Part shown: positions 54,327 to 64,000 of the stretch, piece by piece
How positions within the stretch are numbered: the stretch's first letter is position 1
Layout: each line of letters begins with the position of its first letter
Source: Octopus sinensis
Taxonomy: Eukaryota
Reading direction: 5' to 3'
NCBI RefSeq assembly: GCF_006345805.1
Contig: NC_043000.1
Location: 36,146,001 to 36,210,000, forward strand
DNA: 64,000 bases
Translations under genes and position numbers: made by a program
The notes under the pieces: generated by a model
What the model was told of the DNA's origin: nothing
What the model saw: only the letters and a program-made list of their open reading frames with translations
The model's database searches: none

Positions 54327-54757
54327 AGGCATGTGTAAAATTTGAATGAAATTGGTTGCGTAGTTCTCAAGTTTTAGGGAAACACACAGACAGACAGACA
54401 CACATTCTCAGTTTTATATATATAGAGATATATGTGAGAATTATTCGGTTGCCATAATAAGACTCCGAGTTTCGGCAACCGAATAATCGTCACATATATA
54501 TACATGTGTACACCCCCCACATATATATATATATGTGTGGTGTGTGGGTGGGTGGGTGGTGGGTGGGTGTATGTGTACATGTATATATATGTGACGATTA
54601 TTCGGTTGCCGAAACTCGGAGTCTTATTATGGCAACCGAATAATTGTCACATATATCTCTATATATATAAAACTGAGAATGTGTGTCTGTCTGTCTGTGT
54701 GTTTCCCTAAAACTTGAGAACTACGCGACCAATTTCATTCAAATTTTACACATGCCT
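54327..54757. repeat. Fold-back palindrome (~180-bp arms) with nested 62-bp hairpins
   Basis: 54327-54505 is the reverse complement of about 54578-54757. Each arm holds tgtgacgattattcggttgcc...ggcaaccgaataattgtcaca (54433-54494, 54590-54651). Confidence 0.92.
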
Positions 54758-55107
54758 TACTTAGGGCCCATGTAGTTTCATGGGCAAAAGAAAATGTTCA
54801 ACTTCTTGCCTAGAGCGAGCCCATAGCAATATCATTATACTTTAGTTTGATTTTAATTCTTACTTACTACATATAATTCAATTGTTATTATTATCTCTAA
54901 TTTTTATTGTTAAAGTGAAAGTATCTGACATAAAATAGAGAAATGTTTTTGTTTCACTTTTAACACGTAATACTGAAATAGTGGAGAAGATGTAATAAGT
55001 ACACATATATCTATACACATATATACATATTTTTGTTTGCCCACTCAGTTGTATCTATCAATTTATCTTTGTGTGTGTGTGTGTGTGTTTGTGTATAAAT
55101 ATATCTA

Positions 55108-55198
<91 letters not shown>

Positions 55199-55460
55199 AT
55201 ATATATATATATGGATTTCGTAGACAGGAACTGAAACAAATCAATCGTATATATATATGTATGTATATATGTAAGTGTATGTGTGTTTCTTTGTCTCTGT
55301 GTTTCGCCCTCATCACTGCTTCAAAACTGCTGTTCATTTATTTACATCCCCATAACTTACTGGTTTCGCAAGAACAAACTCATAGAATAAATACTAGTCT
55401 TATCAACATAAAAAAGCACTAGGCTGTGTCTCATATTTTTGTTTACCCACTCAATTTATC

Positions 55461-55493
<33 letters not shown>

Positions 55494-56807
55494 CACCCTA
55501 ATGGGAGCCTTAACTCCCAAATTTTAGTCATTTTTTATGATCCAAAACTAGGTCAAAAGTACTGAATGGATCTTTATGAAATTTGGAAATTATATTCTAT
55601 GCATAAAGGCCATAACCCCCATGACAATTCATATAATTTTCCTGTTGATGAAATTTTAACCATAGATATTAGACACAAATGAAGTAATATTTCTAAAATT
55701 TCATTTTCTTACAAGCTAGAAAGACCCCTCCATGGGGACGTAACACCCACAATTTTGCAATTTTATCTAAGCAAAAACGAATACCGTTGTGCTCTTGGAA
55801 GCTGTAGGATTACCCGAGCATAAAAGTTGAGCATTATTTGTAATTCAATGGTGCAACAGTGTAACAGTTTGCTTTCACATACACTTACATTGTGATTTCT
55901 GCAATGTGGTACATAAATTGTCAAGTAAATGAGAGGCATCTTTGCCTCCACTGATTCGGTTGCAAAGTGTTGAGTAAAGTTATTTGATTACAGACCTCCT
56001 TTCAGTCTTTTTTTTAACACTGGGTCACACGTAGTCCCCATATGGCAACATTGATTTCGAGGCCTTCCCAGATGAGTGACTAGTTAGTCAAAGGCGTTTA
56101 TAGATTGCAAATTTATTCTGTCCAGTTACGTATCAGTATAGTGGTCATTTGCAAACTCCAGAGGTGACACTTTCATTTCTCCTTAGCCCACACGTCACAC
56201 AGCTGTTAAGGTTTATTTCAGTTGGGTCACGCCCTTCCAACTGCTATAGATTCGTAATGCATCTTACGGTTGTGCCTGTCACCTTGATGGTAAGGAATCC
56301 TACTTTGGGAGTGGTAACGACTAGGGTAGGGTAGCTGACTGCTTATTGTGATCATTCGTTTTTTGGTTTCCTGTAGCTTTGCTCTCTTTTACAAACCCAG
56401 TGAACATATATTTCTTATTTCAAAGAAATTCAAACAATAGATATAAAACCCAAGTTAAAAAGATTGTCAACAATTCAACTTTTCTGGTTGATATTAAGAT
56501 GCCCATCCCCAGCAGGGGCCTTAACTCTCACATTTTAGAGCTCCATGGCCTTCATTTTTCAGGAGCAAAATCTTTTTAACAGGTTCAATAAGATTGGAAT
56601 TCTGGAATATGCGCATAAAAATCAGTAGTATGGGATACATGTGGCTCGATTACAATTTTTTAGGGTGTGTAAAGAGGGAAATAACCCTCATCTGCAATTT
56701 TGATGAAATTCGAAACGTTGATATTCCAGTTCATTACAGAAAATATAACAGAAAAGTCTAATTCTTGAATTGCATGTAACACAAGCAACGCCGGGTATCT
56801 CTACTAA
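54656..56807 (+). mobile_element. Probable non-autonomous Helitron, with inserted SINE and microsatellite at about 55010-55490
   Basis: 5' A|TCtctatatatataaaactgagaatgtgtgtctgtctgtc; 3' gcaacgccgggtatctctaCTAA|t (decayed hairpin plus CTRR terminus). Confidence 0.55.
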
Positions 56808-56894
56808 TATATATATATATTAAAAAAAAAATTTTATGTGCCCTTTTCAAGCCTAGCCAGCGTCATGGGCCCGGTTTCCCGGTTTCTGTGGCGT

Positions 56895-57831
56895 ATGTGA
56901 TTTATGAACTCGTACAAAGTTTCAATCGTTTCCAAAGGAATCTTCTGTCCATGCTTCAGCTAAAACAGTCTCCAGTTCTTGTAGTGATGATGGTGGAGGT
57001 TGTCGACTCCTTACTTGTTTTTCTAAATTGCACCATAAATGTTCAATAATATCGAGATATGGGTTCCCTGGTGGCCAGCTAAGAAGTTCAACTTCACTAG
57101 AATGTTCTTTGTGCCATTCAATAACAATTTTAGCTGTGTGAATTGGTGCATTATCATCCTGAAAGATTGCGTTTTACTCCGGAAGCAGTTCCACAATCAT
57201 ATGATGAATTTGATCAGATAAAATGCTTAAATTGTCTTGACTATTAATTCTGCCATGAAGGGAAACCATTAGACCGGCAGACCCTCCTCCGTGTTTAACA
57301 GTTGGAGGAAGGCAGTCTGGTCAAATGCTTCTGTTGGCTGTCTCCATACGTATACTCGGCCGGTGGTCGGAAATGAGATAAAGGATGACTTGTCCGAGGA
57401 AATAACATTCTTTTACTGCTCTAGGGATCAATTCTGTAGGTTTTTACACCATTCTAAACGCTTTGCAACGCTTGATTTTGAAAGTAGCGGTTTTCTGATT
57501 GCAGCCCTCCCGTGAAATCCGGCTTTGTGCAGCTTCCGGTGAACGGTTTTTGTGGAAACTGGGTTCTCGAGGTTGTTATGAAAAGCTGCAGTAATTTTCG
57601 GAGCTGTGCTCTTGTGATTCTTTCCAACAATTCACGTAAGACCGATGGTCCCTATCTGGAAGTTTGGGTTTTCTTACGGAGCTTTGTTTCGATGAGGAGG
57701 TTTTACCCTCTTTCTTAAAGGGTGTCATTACTTTTGAGACAGTACTTCTTGATACACCAAACATTTCAGCTGTTTTCATTATGCCAGCGCCTGCCATAGG
57801 AGTACCAACAATTCGGCCTCTTTGAAAGTCC
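56895..57831 (-). pseudogene. Tc1-family transposase pseudogene
   Basis: HTH region KTAEMFGVSRSTVSKV...RKPKL.DRD; C-terminal WPPGNPYLDIIEHLW (WP.SPDLN.IE.LW motif); frameshifted. Confidence 0.88.
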
Positions 57832-58189
57832 TTCTCCCCCCTCCCCTCCCCCCTCTTCTCCTCTCTCTACACTACACCATACGACTTTACACATCACATC
57901 ATATATACATACACACGTCTAGACCTCTCATACGCACTAATACTCTCTCATACACACACACACACAGTCTTCTCATACACACACAGAAAGATACACAGAG
58001 GTGTATATATGATGTGATGTATAAAGTCGTATGGTGTAGTGTAGAGAGAGAAGAAGAGGGGGGAGGGGGGAGAAAGAAAGGGTAGAAGGAAAGGGGAGAA
58101 GAGGAGGGGGAAGGGGAGGGGGGAGAAGGAAGGAGAGGAGCAGAGGAGGGGGAGAAGGAAGGAGAGGAGTATATATTTGTATATACATA

Positions 58190-58427
58190 CAGGAGTTGGA
58201 CAAAATAATGGAAGTACCTATCATCATTGCATCATAATTTTGAAATATCTGTAAAACCATCACAAGCTTGCTTATTTTTATCTTTTTTGATTTATTATTA
58301 GTGTTGCTTAATATGTTATGCAAAAATTGCTGTTTCTTTCCAGATATCATCAGAAAAAGGTAATTAAAATTCATTAAAATGACAGATCTATCGGACTTTC
58401 AAAGAGGCCGAATTGTTGGTGCTCCTA
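58190..58427 (+). mobile_element. 5' end (TIR to start codon) of the same Tc1 element, opposite orientation
   Basis: TA|caggagttggacaaaataatggaa TIR-like start; ATG at 58379 (MTDLSDFQRGRIVG); 58393-58427 is the reverse complement of 57797-57831. Confidence 0.8.
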
Positions 58428-58613
58428 CACACACACACACACACTCTTATGTTTGAGCGGGGTCATTCAACCCTATTATCTCCCCTAATTTCGCTCTTGC
58501 GTCTCATGTTTGATCTTTGACTTCTGGCCGAAATCAGATCGCCATGTTGATTCGCTAGCTTTTGCACGCATATTTTTTTCTCTCCTTCTTTCTGTGTTTT
58601 TTTTCTCTGTGTA

Positions 58614-58651
58614 TCTTTCTGTTGAAGAGCGTAGGCTCGAAACGTTAAAGA
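58614..58651 (+). ncRNA. Variant minimal hammerhead-like motif (CUGUUGA core)
   Basis: ucuuu CUGUUGA a gagc-guag-gcuc GAAA cg UU| aaaga; all stems pair but core position A6 is U. Confidence 0.5.
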
Positions 58652-58754
58652 CTTGTTTCATTTATATTTCCTGAGCGCCATACTAATACAATTGTTTGTT
58701 TGTATTCCACCTGCCTTCGTCTTTTGTCTATTTTCATAAAGCTTCCCGTTATAT

Positions 58755-58804
<50 letters not shown>

Positions 58805-58845
58805 TCTATATATATATATATATTATATATATATATATATATAAT

Positions 58846-59081
58846 ATTAATTCGAGACAAAACCACTATTTTGCAAAACAAACAAGGAAAGACTTAATCA
58901 ATACATAAAAATTTTTAATATAAAGAAATAAACCGCCACTACAATTGATTAAGTCTTTCCTTGTTTGTTTTGCAAAATAGTGGTTTTGTCTCGAATTAAT
59001 ATTATATAATATTTTACTATAAAATTGGATTTAATCCTAAATCTGATTTTTTCCCTGTAAATTTGGATGTATTCCCTAATA
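58846..59081. mobile_element. TA-flanked cassette with ~56-bp inverted repeats, related to 48059-48440
   Basis: attaattcgagacaaaaccactattttgc...aatcaat is inverted at about 58944-59002; shared aaattggat...ccctaatatt tail. Confidence 0.7.
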
Positions 59082-59095
59082 TTTATATATATATA

Positions 59096-59137
<42 letters not shown>

Positions 59138-59158
59138 ATATATATATATATATGTATG

Positions 59159-59194
<36 letters not shown>

Positions 59195-59200
59195 ATATAT

Positions 59201-59240
<40 letters not shown>

Positions 59241-59242
59241 AT

Positions 59243-59358
<116 letters not shown>

Positions 59359-60248
59359 TTAAACTATGAAACGCTTGATAGCGATTATAAATTTTGCATA
59401 TATATATATATTTACTTAATATCATTTGGGTAATAACCCTATAACATGCATTTACAAGCTTCTATGCGGTTATCGGTTACCATATGCCGTCATACAACAA
59501 GGTTATTCCTTGAGCTGGATATACATGTAGAACTCTGATAATAAATAGTATTTTCAAAGCAAACCACCTGATGACGTGGCGGTACACAGCTGCTACCGGA
59601 TTGTATTTATTTATTTGTATTTACTTATTTTCATTTATTTATTTGAATTTATTTATGTATGTATAGATTAATTTATTCAATATTGTGATACGGGAAACAA
59701 AGTAACTAACACCTGTTACCACTGCACAAAACAATTGACATGTTTTGTAATTCAAGCTTGTTTAGTCCAGTTTCTTGAATAAATTTTTACGCATGTACAT
59801 ATTTATATATATGTATGTGCAATTTCACACACTTACCCCCCTCACACAACACACACTACGTTTCATTGTTTCTTTTTGCTTCAACTGTTCCTTCTACTCG
59901 AGTTTTAGTAAATATGCGAAACTAATTAATTTTTCCATTATCTATTAATTAACACCCATGTCAGTTTCCATCATCTAGTGTCAGATTTGAAGGTTTGTTT
60001 CCAAAATAATCAACCAATGAAAACAGAGGAGTGTTGAGATTATTCTGTGTTGCTCTATCTTGAAAACAATGACCTGAACAGCGTGAAAAACTCTGAGGGC
60101 CAAGGTTGATTCGAAATGGGAACATAATACAAATATCACTAATTGTTGCTAATTAAGGGCGTGGGGTCGTAAAGAATTCCCTGTCAGAACATAGTCACAG
60201 CCATGTATCAATTACAAAATATGGAATATACCTGACGTATGTGATTGC

Positions 60249-60285
<37 letters not shown>

Positions 60286-60287
60286 AT

Positions 60288-60325
<38 letters not shown>

Positions 60326-60552
60326 ATAAACAGTAAGGAGCTATAACGAGAAAATATATTTGTTTAAGCACTTGTTGTCCTTAGAATTACGGCTGTTTAT
60401 GAATCTTCGTCATGTAATATTAATTTCAGTGATTAGTAAATCACATTTACAATACACCATTACGCGTACTACGCATTATACAACTTCATTGTATTTTCAG
60501 AAATCAATGCACATTAAGAAAGCTAAGATTACAAATTGTGGCAGCAGTTGCT

Positions 60553-61838
60553 TTGTGCATTTCTCAATATGTTCAGTAAAGAATTCATAACTAAATCGGT
60601 TGAATTCATCCTACAAAATAACCACTTCATGTTTGACAATACGTTTTACCAAGAAAAATCCGGAATTGCTATGGGTACAAGGGCAGCACCAGTCATTGCG
60701 AACCTAACAATGGGCAACCTGAAGGTAATAATATACCAGGAATATTTATCTACCTTTAGAAACCCCCTTTCCCAATACATACAAGAAAATTGGAAAAGAT
60801 TCCTAGACAACTGCTTCATACTCTCGGATGAAAATACAGAGAAACTGAAATTCAAAAGACTATTGAGTAGAGTCAACCCAAACATAGAGTTCGCAATGGA
60901 GTTCAAGCAAAAGGAGCTTCTATTCTTAGATATACTAATTAAAAAAATAAAAATAGAAACGGACATATTTTACAAAACCACAGACTCCAAACAACATCTA
61001 CTTTTTGATTCACGCCACCCAAGACACACTAAAACAAACATCCTTTTCAACCTTGCAAGAAGGATATGCACAATAGTGTCAGAACAAAACACCAGAAACT
61101 TTAGACTGAAAGAACTCAAAAACACCCTAATTAACAGGCACTACCCAGTTCAACTCATAGAGGATGGAATCAGACGTGCAACACAAATCGACATGGAAAC
61201 CTTAAGAAAAGTTTAACACAGCAACACACCTTCCCCGAAAATACTGCCGTACAAATCCACATACAACCTCAGAAACAAAAAGCCATCATCACCCACAATT
61301 TACCAATGCTACATAAGGACCCCAAATTAAATGCAATTTTACACATACATAAAATCATTAAAAGCTACAGACAACCGAAATCACTAAAAAAGATCCTCAC
61401 AAAGGCAAAATTATATTTTAAAATAACGGATGCAAAAGTGAAAAAATCTGTTAGACCAAATTGCGCAACATGTCCAAACCTTCTAGAAGAATCAGAAGGA
61501 TCAAAGAGGGACACAAATTCAAAATCGAATCTGACTTTACTTGTGCTTCAGAAAACCTGATTTATGTTATAAGATGTTCGGGCTGACACCAAAACTACAT
61601 AGGGTCCACGGGATTATCGCTCAGACGCAGATGCACTCTGCATCGACAGCAGATTGCATTCCCAGAATACCGAATGATACCCTTTAGTGAACATATTGAA
61701 AAATGCGTAAAGCAACTGCTACCACAATTTGTAATCTTTCCATTCTATCAATGTGCCATTGGAACACCAACACAAGTTAGATTGAATAGGGAAACCTACT
61801 TCGTTGAAAAATATATGCCAAAACTTAACCATTTCTAA
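60553..61838 (+). pseudogene. 5'-truncated Penelope-like retroelement (RT plus GIY-YIG, Neptune-like)
   Basis: RT motifs GIAMGT.AAP.IANL.MG, WKRFLDNCF (DD changed to DN), FLDI, TDIFYK.TD...HP; Cys linker RPNCATC; GIY-YIG NLIYVIRCSG*.QNYIGSTG.SLRRR..LHRQQI; frameshifts and stops. Confidence 0.92.
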
Positions 61839-62347
61839 CATTTTAAAATATGGAAACTCGCCTCATTGAAAAATATATAAAGCAAAACCTAACCACTTGT
61901 AACATACTATTCATTCTAAAACCAAACATTTTAAATTAATCAAACCTAGTCAATCCCAACATCTTTGATTATCTCCCTTATACCGGAAAAAATCCCTGAT
62001 TACCTTCCCCTGTCTGGAACTCAACATTTAACAACATAGCAAAAAATGATACGATATAGGTAAAGAAATTTGAGAAATTTGAAGACAAAATTCAAAACCG
62101 GATATTTCTCCCAAAACTATGTTACTATACGCAAAATGTTATAACATTTTTCTAACATAAAGATTTAAATATATTCTTCAATCATATAGCTGATGCATTC
62201 TATGTTTTTTCACTCTTTTTGTCTTTTATACATCCAGACTCGTGCTTTCTCATACCAACTCTCTCACCTATATATATATATATAAAATCTCCAAGAAAAT
62301 AACACACTTTTAATGTAGGCACAAGAAAAAAGATGAATTATGATGAA

Positions 62348-62390
<43 letters not shown>

Positions 62391-62669
62391 TATATAAAAT
62401 ATTCAATTTTGGGGGACTAATCGTTATGCTGGTATTCTATTTCAGATAATACAAAATGACCTATTCAGTACATCTGACAGAAAACCCATGGTATCAGTTT
62501 GTACATCACGAAATAATACTTAAAGGATACAACTAAAATTTCCAGCTGGGTATATAATGTACTTCATTAATTATATCCTACTTTAGTTAATACTCATATT
62601 TATTAAATATGAAGGAACTACACGTGTTTCAGTATTACACTATATATATATATATATAAATATATATAT

Positions 62670-62716
<47 letters not shown>

Positions 62717-63742
62717 AAGAAAGAGTGAGAACAAAATTAAGTTGATGTAAAAATGTGTACTTCAGTATCTGCGAATATTGTTTGATAAATTGTTCTTAGT
62801 TCTCCAAAATAAACATATTTATTTAACCTGTTTTTCTTCTGTTCTAAGCAAAACTAATATAATCGGCCTTTTATGAAAGATTTAACTTTGAACAAATATC
62901 TTAGTGTGTCAAATGTCTTTCTTCTAAAACCACTTTTAGAATTAACGTATATTAAACATTCTAAAATCTTATTTATTTTCATTATGAGTGGCTGATGTTG
63001 AGGTAAACCACATGACACAGTTTTCAGTACGATATTTAGGGCTGCAATGATAGAGTAGGCTGTTTGGTCTAATAGTTAATTGGGTTTGTCAGTAAAACTT
63101 TGGTAATTCGAGGTCTCTCTTTATAGAAATATTCCTCCGATCTTTGGATATACATCAATATCTATGCCATTCCCAAGTAAACCAACCTGTCTCACCTTGT
63201 CAACATCAATCTTTCGGAGTCAACGCTCTACCTTAACTTCGCTCTCTCTCGTTTTCTCTTTGTTTTCCCTTCTCTTCCTCTCGCTCTTCCTCTTCATCCC
63301 TCGTAAGCTAAATTGCGTATCGTGACTCAGTTCAGTTCCGAAGATTTTCTTTACATCTATATCCTACTTCTTGTCAATTCTACATTGAAGCCAATAATAT
63401 CGTCGCCTTCTAATTCCGAAATTTCTCTCCGAGAACGCACTCCACCACCATCACCACCACCACCACCATCACCATCACCATCACCATCACCAACACCAAC
63501 ACAAACGCCTTCATTGCAACTGTCCAGACTTTACTGTTGCACTCCACCTAACACACTTCTCATCGTATCTAGAAACACTGTGTCTTGTAATATATGGCAA
63601 ACATCGATGTAGTCTTCACATTATTCACGTCTAAACTACAGACTGAAGCACTTATGTTTCTTTCTCAGGTAATTCAGAAGCATTTCAAAGTGGAATAATG
63701 CATACACACATACATACATACATACATACATACATACATACA

Positions 63743-63773
<31 letters not shown>

Positions 63774-64000
63774 GTGTGTAGGTGTGCGTGCGCGTGCTTA
63801 TGTGTGTATCTATCTATATACTTGCATATGTGTGTGTATATATACATATATGTCTGTGTGTATATATATATATACACTCACACATGTGTATACATGTATA
63901 TCTATATATCTATATATCTATCTATCTATCTATCTATATATATATATACACATACATATGTGTGTGTACATGTACATATATATATATATAATATATATAT

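Noticed and set aside
59562-59605. CUGAUGA followed by a GC stem (gtggcgg/ctgctac)
   Set aside because: No GAAA or stem III after the stem.

Overview
AT-rich, repeat-saturated animal (non-coding) DNA. By recalled similarity of its tRNA-derived SINE families it is most likely an octopus (coleoid cephalopod) genome; this is an inference, not a database result. No host protein-coding gene, rRNA, intact tRNA or CRISPR array can be supported, and nearly all listed ORFs are microsatellite translations. The window holds about 30 SINE copies (OK-like, Meta-domain-like, OR1/OR2-like), decayed LINE fragments (CRE-like, CR1, L2/Crack-like, RTE, R4/Dong-like RLE), two Penelope-like element (PLE) remnants, a rearranged Tc1, a probable Helitron and a Tigger-like MITE. 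The main finding is a set of short non-coding cassettes embedded in (TA)n tracts that carry minimal type I hammerhead ribozymes (7 canonical CUGANGA/GAAA cores plus 3 variant or decayed cores, two of them CUGUNGA). They occur as a ~474-bp tandem array, as long fold-back palindromes, or as single copies, which fits a retrozyme/PLE-dependent system targeting TA microsatellites. Other notable items are a structured 362-bp tandem unit with no recognisable ribozyme, an RLE LINE apparently associated with (CATA)n, an (AAT)n-embedded element and an RTE tail with three C2H2 fingers. Coordinates were read by eye; ends of decayed elements are approximate.
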